Sequence record: NC_042098.1
Length of the DNA: 64,000 nucleotides
Direction: 5' to 3' (one strand)
Positions within the stretch are counted from its first letter, which is position 1, and each line of letters begins with the position of its first letter. This document shows positions 17,565-27,601 of this stretch, in pieces. The notes under the pieces were generated by a model. The model was not told where the DNA came from. It did no database searches and saw only the letters and a list, made by a program, of their open reading frames with translations. The position numbers and the translations under genes were made by a program.

Positions 17565-19676
17565 ATGAGTCATATTACCGAGGCAAGTGAACTCTCTGCA
17601 GAGTTGTTAGGCAGTGTGTTATGTTTGAACCCAACCGTACATGGCGATAGCAGCCCACGTTCTGCTATGTTCGGAGGTCATGCAGGACAGGCCGTGACAA
17701 TCGAGGGTAGCACGCCACGTATGTTAAAAACCGGGATCGAGTATGAGTACGGTCAACGGACCTTCAAGATTGAAGCGCCGTGTCAGATGCTCGTGATCGG
17801 TGTGATTAACCGTTTCGTCACCAACCACGTTGGTACTGGGGGTGTGAAAGAGAACCCTGAGAAATATGTGATCTATCAGAACTTAAGTGTAAATACGCCT
17901 ACACCGACGTTCGGCATTCTGTGTATTCCGACCTATCACACACGTAACCACGCATTAGGGTTTAAGTATGTGATGGACAAGAAAGCAATTAACCGTTTGT
18001 ACAGTGTTGATGGTAAGGCGTATATCGAAAAGGGTGTGATCTTTGCCCGTTCCCCTAACTTGACCGAAGGTGGCGATTATAAGTACGGTCGTGAAACCAA
18101 CGTAGCATTTATGTCATTACCGGAAGTCGAACAGGACGGAATGGTGGTAACAGAAAGCTTCGCACAAGCCATGGCCTGTACCAAGATCGAAAGCCGTATC
18201 GCACAGTGGGGCGATGATCAGGTGTTGTTGAACCTGTATGGCGACGATGAGAACTACAAAGCGTTTCCGGATATCGGCGATAAGATTCGTGAAGATGGGA
18301 TGTTGTTTGCGGTACGTAAGATCATGCCAGGTACTGGCATTGTCAATCTGACCCCAAAAGCCCTTCGTACTTACGATCCGAACTTCGACTATCCGCAGTA
18401 TGCTGAAGCCGGTGCCACGGTAGTGAACGTCCAGGTGAACTCGGACCGCATGCGTACAGGACGTACTGATGTGCAGTTCTATGATAAACAAGCTGAACGG
18501 TATGAACGTGCAGCGCGTGAGTTCTCCAAGTCTCTGCGTAAGATCTACGACGACCTCTATCGTACGTATGGTCATGGCATGATTCTGGAGCCTGAGCTCA
18601 ACCGGATGGTCACGGATGCCATCTCGGATACCGGCGGTATGGATCGCAAGATGAATAATCAAGGACAGATTATCAGCGTGGACAAAGGCACACAGGTCTA
18701 TAACAAAGTCCCGATTGGTGACTGGCGTGTGAAGATCACCTTTGTTAAACGGATTGAAGCCGGCGTGCGCTTTAAGATCACCGATACCCATGGCGGTAAA
18801 GGTGTTATCGTAAACGTGATTCCTGACGCAGATGCCCCGACCGATGATTACGGTAACCGGGCGGATGTGATCATGGATGATGTATCGATCACCAAACGCA
18901 TGAACCTGGGTAAGCCAACCGAGCAGTATATCAACGGTGCATCAGTATATGCAGCGAAGATTGCACGCCAGATGGCAGCCAGCGGGGATCTGGATGGTGC
19001 CTGGAATCACCTCATGAGCTATTACCATGCGGCAGCGTATGAGCAATGGGAAATGATGCAATCACCAACGTACCTGGATAACAAACCAAATCGCGATCAT
19101 CATGTGCGTTGGGTGTGTGATCATGGTATTGAGTTGTTTGCACCAACTGACCGTCGCTACTTCGGGGCCGAGCAGGTACGGCGTATCATGAAGGAACATG
19201 ACTTCCCGGTTACACCCGTGACGTATCGTGCACCCGATGGGCGTATGGTCCGTACGCGTGATCCAGTGGTGATTGCACCGATCTATATCATCCTGCTGGA
19301 AAAGATGGGCGAATACTGGGCATCGTGTGCGATTCCAAAACTCACACACTTCGGTACACTCTCATCCTTAACACAGGCGGATAAGTTTGCGTTACCGTGG
19401 CGTAACACTCCAACCCGTTTCGGTGAGTCTGAGTTGCGTCTGTTCTTAGCAGCGTGTCGTGGTTATTATGCGAACCGCTTGCAAAGCATGGCGAACACTC
19501 CGGCGATGCAGAAGGAAGCTGCATTGATGTTCTTGCGTCATGATACACCAATGAACATCCCGAACGTGATTGATGAAACGAAGACACCACTGGGGCGTGC
19601 ACGTCCATTGCAGATGTATAAGCATAACCAGGGCTGTCGTGGTATTGAGTTTGAAACAACCGTGTTAAATAAATAA
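17565..19676 (+). CDS. rpoB: Non-virion RNA polymerase beta C-terminal subunit (phiKZ gp71/73-like), uninterrupted
   Basis: DSSPRSAM, EQDG..V.ES, GDKIR.DG, KITDTHGGKG, RMNLG and RFGESE beta motifs. Start is at 17565 after an AAGGA SD, not at the track start 17472. Confidence 0.92.
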   Translation: MSHITEASELSAELLGSVLCLNPTVHGDSSPRSAMFGGHAGQAVTIEGSTPRMLKTGIEYEYGQRTFKIEAPCQMLVIGVINRFVTNHVGTGGVKENPEKYVIYQNLSVNTPTPTFGILCIPTYHTRNHALGFKYVMDKKAINRLYSVDGKAYIEKGVIFARSPNLTEGGDYKYGRETNVAFMSLPEVEQDGMVVTESFAQAMACTKIESRIAQWGDDQVLLNLYGDDENYKAFPDIGDKIREDGMLFAVRKIMPGTGIVNLTPKALRTYDPNFDYPQYAEAGATVVNVQVNSDRMRTGRTDVQFYDKQAERYERAAREFSKSLRKIYDDLYRTYGHGMILEPELNRMVTDAISDTGGMDRKMNNQGQIISVDKGTQVYNKVPIGDWRVKITFVKRIEAGVRFKITDTHGGKGVIVNVIPDADAPTDDYGNRADVIMDDVSITKRMNLGKPTEQYINGASVYAAKIARQMAASGDLDGAWNHLMSYYHAAAYEQWEMMQSPTYLDNKPNRDHHVRWVCDHGIELFAPTDRRYFGAEQVRRIMKEHDFPVTPVTYRAPDGRMVRTRDPVVIAPIYIILLEKMGEYWASCAIPKLTHFGTLSSLTQADKFALPWRNTPTRFGESELRLFLAACRGYYANRLQSMANTPAMQKEAALMFLRHDTPMNIPNVIDETKTPLGRARPLQMYKHNQGCRGIEFETTVLNK

Positions 19677-19686
19677 GGGGTGTGTG

Positions 19687-21654
19687 ATGCAAAGCTATCA
19701 TTGGCGTGATCTGTTGTCGATGTCTGAGGAGCAGATTTGGCAACTTGATCCTGCAATCAACAACCCAATCATTGAAGTGGTGGCAGAGGATGCCACCTTC
19801 AAGATTCCTGCCCGGCAGGTTATCGGTAGCTGGTATTGCTGGCCGTTTCAAAAGCTCTATCGCAACATGGTGTTGTGTAAGCGTCATTTCATCACAGCGT
19901 TTCGTCTGTCGAACAAAACCATCCTGGGGATCATGACCAACGGTTATCGTGATTATGATGCGATGATGAACGGCACTATCTTAGATGTCGTGGCATTAAA
20001 CAGCTTGATTGCGAAAACGGCGAACCGCATTAACAATGCGTTTGTCACCAAGATCCCGGAGTATGTCACGACCTCGGGCATGAAGCAGTATATTGAAATC
20101 GTGGATGACCCTGAGTTTAAAGCGATTCGTGATGCAATGGAACCTAACCAGAACTCGATTCGTGATGGTTATGATGCGTCACTCAAACTGCTGATGGACC
20201 CGAAGAAGTATGTCGGTAATCAGGTGGCGGAGTATGTGAAGCAAGGATCAGCATCAGCAGGTCAGGCATTACAATGTCTGGTGGTGCGTGGTTATCTGAC
20301 TGACCATAACTCGCGTATCTTTGTTAAGCCGGTCATGGGTAACTATGTCGAAGGGTTGGGTAAGTTCTACGACTCGTTCGTGGAATCACGCTCAGCAACC
20401 AAAGCGGCCTTGTTTACCAAGAAACCACTGGAAGACTCCGAATGGTTTAACCGTAAAATGCAGCTGGTTGCACAAGCGGTGCAGAAGATCCATCTGGGGG
20501 AAGATTGTGGGTCGACGATAACAGTGCCTATTGTTATGCGTCGTGGCTGGGCAAGTGCGATGGCCGGTACGTATTATCTGGATGATGACGGATCGTACAA
20601 AATGATCACGGAAGAGGACAAGCATCTGGAGAACCGGTTACTCAATATCCGCTCTCCGATGTATTGTAATCATCCTGACCGTACCGGTATCTGTGAGCGG
20701 TGTTATGGGAAGTTGGCGGTATCCATTCCGTACTTCAATGTCGAAGGGAAAGTTGGGGATAACCAGGTGATCGTGGGGCACGTCAGTGCAACAGAAATCG
20801 GTGAGGATCTCTCACAGAAGATGCTGTCAACCAAACACCTGGATACGTCCTCGACGGTAGATCCGTTTGCTATTCGTCGTGCCGATGCGTTGTATGTGAA
20901 GCCAGGCTTGCGTGAAAACGCCATTCGCCTGAATCCACGTCTGCGTAATGAAAAGGTCACGATGAAGGTATCTTTCGACAAAACTACCGCATTATCTGAT
21001 ATCGCAGTTGCCGAAAACTTAGATGAAGTAGCAACGCGTGTTTCCGGTTTCAATGAGATCGTGCTGGAGTTTGAGCGTGAAGATGGGGGTAAAGAGTCTA
21101 TCCCAATCAACACCACCCAGGGTTCTCGTCAGGGTCAATTCACTGTCGACTTCCTGCGTTACTTGCAGCGCGTAAGCTGGACGAGTGCGGACAAAGATTA
21201 TATCTCTATCCGTCTGGATCAATTTGAATATGATTGCGATGTGGTTGAATTGCCGTTAGTGCATGAAGACATGATGGCGTATCAGAAGCAGATTGAATCC
21301 TACATCCGTTTCAGTAAGGAATCAGCGAACTGGAAAAACAAGTTTGTCACGCCGGATGAAGTGGGTGTGGTGCTGGATGAGTTCTTCTCATTACTGCGTC
21401 AGCGTTTGGGTGTGAACATTGTTCATGCACAGATCATGCTGTATTCAGTGATGACCATGGACCCAGCCAAAGGCGACTATCGTCTTCCACGGGCGTATGA
21501 ACCACGGCAGTTCTCTTCCTATCACGAATGTATCGAGTACCGTTCTCTCTCGGTCCAGCTCGTGTATCAGGAACAGGCTGCGGTGATGCTGAAGCCGTCC
21601 ACTTTCCTCAATGACAAACGACAACCGCACCCGATGGATGAAATCTTCAAATAA
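19687..21654 (+). CDS. rpoC: Non-virion RNA polymerase beta' C-terminal subunit (phiKZ gp74-like)
   Basis: RGYLTD, SR.ATKA, EDCG, RSP.YC...ICERCYG Zn-site and QKMLSTKH beta' motifs. Confidence 0.9.
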   Translation: MQSYHWRDLLSMSEEQIWQLDPAINNPIIEVVAEDATFKIPARQVIGSWYCWPFQKLYRNMVLCKRHFITAFRLSNKTILGIMTNGYRDYDAMMNGTILDVVALNSLIAKTANRINNAFVTKIPEYVTTSGMKQYIEIVDDPEFKAIRDAMEPNQNSIRDGYDASLKLLMDPKKYVGNQVAEYVKQGSASAGQALQCLVVRGYLTDHNSRIFVKPVMGNYVEGLGKFYDSFVESRSATKAALFTKKPLEDSEWFNRKMQLVAQAVQKIHLGEDCGSTITVPIVMRRGWASAMAGTYYLDDDGSYKMITEEDKHLENRLLNIRSPMYCNHPDRTGICERCYGKLAVSIPYFNVEGKVGDNQVIVGHVSATEIGEDLSQKMLSTKHLDTSSTVDPFAIRRADALYVKPGLRENAIRLNPRLRNEKVTMKVSFDKTTALSDIAVAENLDEVATRVSGFNEIVLEFEREDGGKESIPINTTQGSRQGQFTVDFLRYLQRVSWTSADKDYISIRLDQFEYDCDVVELPLVHEDMMAYQKQIESYIRFSKESANWKNKFVTPDEVGVVLDEFFSLLRQRLGVNIVHAQIMLYSVMTMDPAKGDYRLPRAYEPRQFSSYHECIEYRSLSVQLVYQEQAAVMLKPSTFLNDKRQPHPMDEIFK

Positions 21655-21668
21655 GTAAGAGGTTGGCG

Positions 21669-23216
21669 ATGCGCAATACTGCGACAATCACTATCAATAG
21701 TCACGGCTTTACAGTCTCTGATTATAATAGTGAGTTCTACGAGAAGTTGAAGTTGTATTGCGCTCGTTTTGTCAAAACAAAAATGGTCTCTAAGGTCGTC
21801 CATGGACGGAGGATCTTGGCTAAAGAAAATGACCGTGTTTTTGCGAGCGCTCTAAGCAACCGTCGAGAGATCCGCTTTCACATCAACTGCTATGAAGAGT
21901 TCAAACGTCATATGCAGCAGTGGGGATATAATGTCTCCCGCTTTAAGGAAGTGCGAACACCAATTCCAGAAGGCAAAGATGCTAACTTCGAATTCAAGTT
22001 CGAAGGTGTGCAGCCCCGTGAGCATCAAGTGGAATGGTTGGAGTACCAGTTAAATAAAGACCAGGGTGAAGTCACCACAAAGATCAATACCTTGCAAACC
22101 GGTAAGGGAAAGAGCTTCTGCGGTATTTACAACATGGTCAAGCTGGGAAAAGTAACGGTCATTGTCATCATGCCAAAATACATCAATACGTGGATTGTGG
22201 CGCTGAATGACTTTGTCAAGTTAGGTGAGAAAGATATCATGGTGGTGCAAGGCTCGGGTGAACTCAACGGCTGCATGAAGTTGGCTGAAGAAGGTAAGCT
22301 TGAATCCCGCATCATTATCATCAGTCTCCCCACCTTCCAATATTACATGTCGGAGTATGAAGATAACAACGGCGTGATGACGCATTACAACTACACACCT
22401 GATCAATTCTGGGCGATGATCCAACCCGGGTTTCTCATTGTCGATGAAGGCCATGAGTCAATCCACGCGCTGTTCAAGTTCGACCTTTACACCCATGTCA
22501 AAAATAAACTGGTACTCTCGGCCACCCTTGAGGCGGATGACCAGTTTATTAACGACATGTACTTTGTCATCTACCCGAATAAAATCAGGTTCCGTGGCGG
22601 CGAGTATGATAAGTACATCGAAGCGATTGCCTTGATGTATGGACTGGTGAGTAATAAGAAGGTCAAGACCAAAGGCTTCGGCGGGACGTATAACCACGTC
22701 AAGTTTGAGCAAAGCATCATGAAAGACAAGCAGCTGTTGAAGACGTACCTTACGCTCATCAACAAAGTGTTCTCCTTCTTCTTTATTAAAGTGAAGGAAC
22801 CCGAACAACGCTGCCTCATTTATTGTGCCACGGTCGAGATGTGTTTGTACGTGACGGATTATCTGAGCAGTATTCATGATACCCTGATCGTGCGTAAGTA
22901 TACCCAGGAAGACCCGAAAGAATCGTTGTATGAATCTGACGTGAGTGTTTCGACACTGAAGTCAGCCGGTACCGGTGTGGATATCCCAGGACTCCGCACT
23001 TGCATCATGACGATCGCGATTGGGTCACGGCAAGCCAGTGATCAGGCATTGGGACGACTGCGGCGGTTGAAAGACTACCCGGACACCATCCCGACGTTTG
23101 TTTACTTCGCCTGCACGGGTATCGAAGCACACATGAAATACCACAGCAAGAAACTCGAACTCTTCCCAGTGAAGACGTTGAGTCTGCGTGAGGTGAACAG
23201 CGGCTTCTCGTTATAA
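21669..23216 (+). CDS. Superfamily 2 (DExH) helicase, phiKZ gp75-like
   Basis: Walker A LQTGKGKS, motif II DEGH, motif III LSAT, motif V GTGVDIPGL, motif VI QALGRLRR. Confidence 0.9.
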   Translation: MRNTATITINSHGFTVSDYNSEFYEKLKLYCARFVKTKMVSKVVHGRRILAKENDRVFASALSNRREIRFHINCYEEFKRHMQQWGYNVSRFKEVRTPIPEGKDANFEFKFEGVQPREHQVEWLEYQLNKDQGEVTTKINTLQTGKGKSFCGIYNMVKLGKVTVIVIMPKYINTWIVALNDFVKLGEKDIMVVQGSGELNGCMKLAEEGKLESRIIIISLPTFQYYMSEYEDNNGVMTHYNYTPDQFWAMIQPGFLIVDEGHESIHALFKFDLYTHVKNKLVLSATLEADDQFINDMYFVIYPNKIRFRGGEYDKYIEAIALMYGLVSNKKVKTKGFGGTYNHVKFEQSIMKDKQLLKTYLTLINKVFSFFFIKVKEPEQRCLIYCATVEMCLYVTDYLSSIHDTLIVRKYTQEDPKESLYESDVSVSTLKSAGTGVDIPGLRTCIMTIAIGSRQASDQALGRLRRLKDYPDTIPTFVYFACTGIEAHMKYHSKKLELFPVKTLSLREVNSGFSL

Positions 23217-23227
23217 ACTGACTGTGT

Positions 23228-23263
23228 AAAAGACCAGGGGGCTTACTCCTTGGTCTTTTATGC
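23228..23263 (+). terminator. Hairpin followed by TTATGC
   Basis: AAAAGACCA-GGGGG-ctta-CTCCT-TGGTCTTTT-ATGC. Confidence 0.65.
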
Positions 23264-23300
23264 TTTCTTTCCTTTTCTTTTTGTTAAGGATACACAGCTT

Positions 23301-23627
23301 ATGAATGGTAACCGGCCAGTAATGGTGATTGGCGGCATGGGGTTGAGTCCTGCATTGATTGAGCGCTTACGACAGTTAGACGACCTGGAGATCAAATTGG
23401 TGGCCGATGTGGCAATCAGCGATATCCTGGAGTTTGAACCGGGTTATGCTCGCGGATTGGTTCAGGCGATTCAGCATCAGCAACAACGTGAGTGGAATCC
23501 CTTCCGGGAAAGCTACTGGGATAACTTCATTACCCTGCGACGTAAAGAAGTCAACGGACATACCCGCATTCCTCCCAAGAAAGCCACCTGCAGCTCCCGT
23601 CGTAAGGGACGGAGGTTCAAGGGATGA
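23301..23627 (+). CDS. Hypothetical protein with basic C-terminal tail
   Basis: AAGGA SD; ends SSRRKGRRFKG. Confidence 0.7.
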   Translation: MNGNRPVMVIGGMGLSPALIERLRQLDDLEIKLVADVAISDILEFEPGYARGLVQAIQHQQQREWNPFRESYWDNFITLRRKEVNGHTRIPPKKATCSSRRKGRRFKG

Positions 23628-23947
23628 GTGAGATCGATTATCGTGCATTGAAGTATTGTGTTACCAAGGTTAGTCGGCGTATCCGCGACGGGGATTCCCG
23701 TAACGCGTCACGTTGCCTCTTCCAGTATGTTGAGACGCACGCCGCATTACAAGACATGGCCGCCATTGATCGTCTTTTAGCACAGTGCCGAGAAAATAAG
23801 GTACCCCTAAAAGAGATCAACAAAGTCTCGTTACTGCGTGCATGCTCATGTTTACGCCCCCACCTTACAGAGTATCAGTCGTGCATGGACCTGTGGCGCC
23901 AGGACATTAAAGCGGCGGGTATGGAAAACTTATTAATAGGATTGTGA
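23624..23947 (+). CDS. Hypothetical protein
   Basis: ATGA-coupled to the upstream gene; 107 aa. Confidence 0.7.
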   Translation: MSEIDYRALKYCVTKVSRRIRDGDSRNASRCLFQYVETHAALQDMAAIDRLLAQCRENKVPLKEINKVSLLRACSCLRPHLTEYQSCMDLWRQDIKAAGMENLLIGL

Positions 23948-23948
23948 T

Positions 23949-24311
23949 ATGTCTGATTATTGTGCGGATATCTTTAAAGCGATCAGTTGCAAAACCCCCA
24001 CCAAAGGCAGTGAACTCTACATCGATGATTTCGGTGATCTGTGGATGTTGATTCCCAAGCTTAACCGCTTCGGTGAGCAGTCAGTGTTTCGTCAGTATGC
24101 TGGTAACCTTGCGTTGATGGCTGACCGCGGGCAGATGTATCAGGGTCAGTTATATGTGTGTGAGTTGATCCCGGGATATCACTTGGTGTTAACCAACCAA
24201 GCCGTGATGGTCAACCAATACAGCCTGGTGCAGTATGTGAAGACCCGTGCTGCGAAAGTGGAAGCGCGCTACCGTAAGAAACCCAAGCCGATGAGCCGAG
24301 CTTACGCGTAA
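23949..24311 (+). CDS. Hypothetical protein with basic C-terminal tail
   Basis: Ends ARYRKKPKPMSRAYA. Confidence 0.7.
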   Translation: MSDYCADIFKAISCKTPTKGSELYIDDFGDLWMLIPKLNRFGEQSVFRQYAGNLALMADRGQMYQGQLYVCELIPGYHLVLTNQAVMVNQYSLVQYVKTRAAKVEARYRKKPKPMSRAYA

Positions 24312-24341
24312 GCAACCTGATTGACAAGAAAGGATAGACCT

Positions 24342-24851
24342 ATGTTCGAATGGTTCTCTGTGTTATTGATGAAGTGGTTGACCCGAAAGGAAAAGAAACA
24401 CAACAGGACAGTGCGGGTAGAACCGGTGGTGTTTGAACCGCAACTCAAACCCACCCCGCAGCCGTTGAGCAACGCGTTAAAAGAAGAAGCGCAGCAGATT
24501 CGGGATACCCTGCTGTTTGAGTCGCCGTTGAATAAATCCCGACCGATCCCGACCAAACCCACCTTACGGGTAGTAAGACCCAGTACAAGCTCCTCACGCC
24601 CACACGGTAAGGCGAACGATGACAGCATGCTAACACATGCCTTATTGATGCAGCAGGTGTTAGCAGACGATACAGCGCCGTCTGATCGTCATCATCGTAC
24701 CCATGCCCCTCAGGATAACCACCGCCATGAAGACCGACCCTCGTACCATTCCACGCCCACTCATCATAGCAGCCCTGGTAGTAGTCGCGATGATGATAAC
24801 GGGAGTAATGATTACAGTAGCGGACCTAGTGACAGCGGTTCGTCTGATTAA
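24342..24851 (+). CDS. Hypothetical protein with His/Ser/Asp low-complexity C-terminus
   Basis: AAGGA SD; ends ...DYSSGPSDSGSSD. Confidence 0.7.
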   Translation: MFEWFSVLLMKWLTRKEKKHNRTVRVEPVVFEPQLKPTPQPLSNALKEEAQQIRDTLLFESPLNKSRPIPTKPTLRVVRPSTSSSRPHGKANDDSMLTHALLMQQVLADDTAPSDRHHRTHAPQDNHRHEDRPSYHSTPTHHSSPGSSRDDDNGSNDYSSGPSDSGSSD

Positions 24852-24890
24852 CACCTTCGATTAACCTTACGTAATAAGGAACGCCTCACC

Positions 24891-25130
24891 ATGACAGATC
24901 CCCACCCCATTCTCGCCGCAGCCATCGGAGAGCCCCAGGATGACGATTACTGGGACTTTCCGGGCGAGACTGTTGTTGGTCACGGTGATCTGATGTACAC
25001 CAATATCCATAAACCCCAAGCATTATGGAACGGTGTTATTCGGTCACTGCAAAAACGTTTCCTTACCGAACCACCGAACACCCAAAAGGAACAGCATCAT
25101 GTCGCACAAGAACCGCGCCCCTCAAATTAA
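24891..25130 (+). CDS. Small hypothetical protein
   Basis: AAGGA SD; 79 aa. Confidence 0.6.
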   Translation: MTDPHPILAAAIGEPQDDDYWDFPGETVVGHGDLMYTNIHKPQALWNGVIRSLQKRFLTEPPNTQKEQHHVAQEPRPSN

Positions 25131-25893
25131 GTTAACCGGCATCAGAGATGGCGAAAATGACGTCTATATCCCCGTGGCTGGATTAGGTATTGCTAATGCC
25201 GCTGGAATTACGTACGACCCCACCGCAATTAGTAGTGCGCTGGATAAGCTTCGAACTGACAGGCGTTATTTCGATAATTTGCAAAGCCATCCGTATTATC
25301 AGCAGAACCTGTTTACGAAATACATTGGTCTGATACCTGATGACGCTGATTATCGCGGCACACCTGTTCAACGCCATCCGTTCATGCGTGAGATGGCATT
25401 GCGGTTTGGCATCGCGCTGGAATCAGTCAGACTCAACTCCCATCGTCAGACCGGTAAATCGAATTTCATGTACTACCGCATGGTGCAGTTCCACAACCAT
25501 TATCTGCAGGAAATGACCGATATAAAGGCAAGCAAGCCGATCCCTATTGACCTTACCCGTTACCTGAAATTAATAACCGGTAAGGATTTCTGGGAGAAGC
25601 CTGGCGTGGGTGCATGGGGTAGTGAGTTTACCGAACTCTATTTTCATAGACACCAGGCAGGTAGTGGTGGTAAGTCAATGTTCTACAACATGCTGCCGAG
25701 AATCAAACTGCATCTGGCTGGTATTCACGCAACTCTCGGTGGTCGACCGTGGATCTACCACAATGTTGTCAGTCGTGGTCCTGCAGGTTTCTGGCCAGCC
25801 ACAATAGAGTACGGTATGGCAAGCAACGGCCCGGCTATGACTGCTCAGCTTAACCGTGAGCGTATGATCAAACCTAAGAAAGGGAGAGCATAA
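25099..25893 (+). CDS. Hypothetical protein
   Basis: AAGGA SD before the ATG at 25099. Contains HRQTGKS and ends KPKKGRA. Confidence 0.7.
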   Translation: MSHKNRAPQIKLTGIRDGENDVYIPVAGLGIANAAGITYDPTAISSALDKLRTDRRYFDNLQSHPYYQQNLFTKYIGLIPDDADYRGTPVQRHPFMREMALRFGIALESVRLNSHRQTGKSNFMYYRMVQFHNHYLQEMTDIKASKPIPIDLTRYLKLITGKDFWEKPGVGAWGSEFTELYFHRHQAGSGGKSMFYNMLPRIKLHLAGIHATLGGRPWIYHNVVSRGPAGFWPATIEYGMASNGPAMTAQLNRERMIKPKKGRA

Positions 25894-26795
25894 TGGCTTT
25901 AGATCAAGAGTATTACGAAAAGGCATTAGCGGTGCTCGCTTCCAAAGGTTTCCCTGATAAGGAAGCAGACGAAATTGCCACAACCCTTTCTGTCTATCTG
26001 CCTATGCGATTCATCAAGGCTGGTGAATGGGCGCTGTTGTCACAGGACGTGACACCCGTTAACTCGTTGGCGCTCAAGCACCTGGAGTTACTCGAAAGAA
26101 TTCCTGAGTTAAAGAAGCCCATGATTCTTAAGATGCCGACCGATTTCACCTACACAACCTACGGTCAGGAGTATTGTCCAGGTGCCGATGCACCCGTATA
26201 CAAAACTGGCCCTGATGGTTACACACATCACCCGGTAGGCTGGGAAAGTGGAATTACTGGTGTGACGGGTATTTCTGGCGAGGATGGTGTTGAAATTGGC
26301 GGTGTTAAACCTGTACGTCATGATTTCAAATACGCGTTACCACCCGAGCTCGGTTTACCGAAGGGTGTAACACCGGAACAAGCTAATTATCTGAAGCTTC
26401 ATGACCTCAGTGATATCGAGGGGATCAAGCGGGCTTATCCAGATATAGATGAAGAGACTGCTCAAAGTCTGTCGGCTATGCAGCGTAAGATCGACCAACG
26501 TTTAGGGCGTGCACATCGTGAAACACGCAACTCTGAAATGCTTGGTCAGCGGGCTCAGCAGCAGTATCGTGGTAGCTTGTTTGAGAAGTTCTTGATTGAC
26601 GAACCGATCGGTGAACCTAAAGGCATGACCGTCAAGATCATGACGCACTCCATTCGCAACTTCGGCCACGGGTTACAAATCAGCACACCGTTGTTTGGCC
26701 AGAGTCATAAATCTCCAACGGGCCCACAAACTATGCCGGGTCTTGAAAAGGGACGTAATGGCCACGGCAAGCGTAAAAAGAAAGGTAAACGATGA
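25893..26795 (+). CDS. Hypothetical protein with basic C-terminal tail
   Basis: TAATG-coupled; ends GHGKRKKKGKR. Confidence 0.75.
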   Translation: MALDQEYYEKALAVLASKGFPDKEADEIATTLSVYLPMRFIKAGEWALLSQDVTPVNSLALKHLELLERIPELKKPMILKMPTDFTYTTYGQEYCPGADAPVYKTGPDGYTHHPVGWESGITGVTGISGEDGVEIGGVKPVRHDFKYALPPELGLPKGVTPEQANYLKLHDLSDIEGIKRAYPDIDEETAQSLSAMQRKIDQRLGRAHRETRNSEMLGQRAQQQYRGSLFEKFLIDEPIGEPKGMTVKIMTHSIRNFGHGLQISTPLFGQSHKSPTGPQTMPGLEKGRNGHGKRKKKGKR

Positions 26796-27574
26796 TTAAC
26801 GGTAACACTGAGGGGTCATGGGAATCCCTCCTTAAATGGCATTGGTTTGAAGAGCGGTCAGCCCGACGGGAGCCAATGCATTTCGTGGTTGTCGATTACG
26901 ATACGGGTAGTGAAGCCAAGGCGTTTCAGCAGCTGACTGAACTGGCAGAGAAATTGGACTATGTCTCTGTTGAACGTATTGCGGCGGCTGACTTCACCCC
27001 TGCTCGTACCAGAGCGCTGAACGAGCGTGAAGGCGGGTGGCATTATTGTCATCTGATGGGGGAGTGTCGGTATGGCCGAGGTGGGATCATCATTGGTGAG
27101 GGTGGTGGTTGGACAGGCGCGCACGGTGGTGCCGGTGATGTCGGGATGGCTGCAACCCCTAATGATGGATCGATACTATACCAAACCGATTGCAATGATC
27201 CTGTGGTTGGCAGGCGTAAGTTTAAGACGGTGCGGGATGTCATGGAAAAGGCCAGTCCTTACGATTGGCCGGTAGAAATCTGTGTAGTGGGTAACCGGCG
27301 TGACCCAGAAGTCGTGGCATTATCCCAAGCTGTGTTCAAATCGGTGGGTAGTCGCAATATCAAAGTCACTGCCAAAACCCATCAGGAAATGATGTTTAAC
27401 CAGCGCACACACCAGGTGGTTAATATCACGCCGGCGAAGTATCAAGCGGAGTTTGAAGCGGCTTACCAGGAAGCTTACATCAACGCTAACACGGTCTCGA
27501 CCATGCCGGTACGCCTTGGCCCACGTGGACCGTTGCATTCGGTCTTGGCAACCCAACGCAAGAAACACTTTTAA
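26792..27574 (+). CDS. Hypothetical protein
   Basis: ATGA-coupled; Gly-rich centre; ends TQRKKHF. Confidence 0.75.
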   Translation: MINGNTEGSWESLLKWHWFEERSARREPMHFVVVDYDTGSEAKAFQQLTELAEKLDYVSVERIAAADFTPARTRALNEREGGWHYCHLMGECRYGRGGIIIGEGGGWTGAHGGAGDVGMAATPNDGSILYQTDCNDPVVGRRKFKTVRDVMEKASPYDWPVEICVVGNRRDPEVVALSQAVFKSVGSRNIKVTAKTHQEMMFNQRTHQVVNITPAKYQAEFEAAYQEAYINANTVSTMPVRLGPRGPLHSVLATQRKKHF

Positions 27575-27601
27575 TCAGTTCCCCTCAACAGGAGAGTAAC
27601 C

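Noticed and set aside
25165-25470. Terminase large subunit call for the RQTGKS-containing ORF
   Set aside because: Too short, with no Walker B or nuclease domain, and in an accessory context. Kept only as a low-interest motif.
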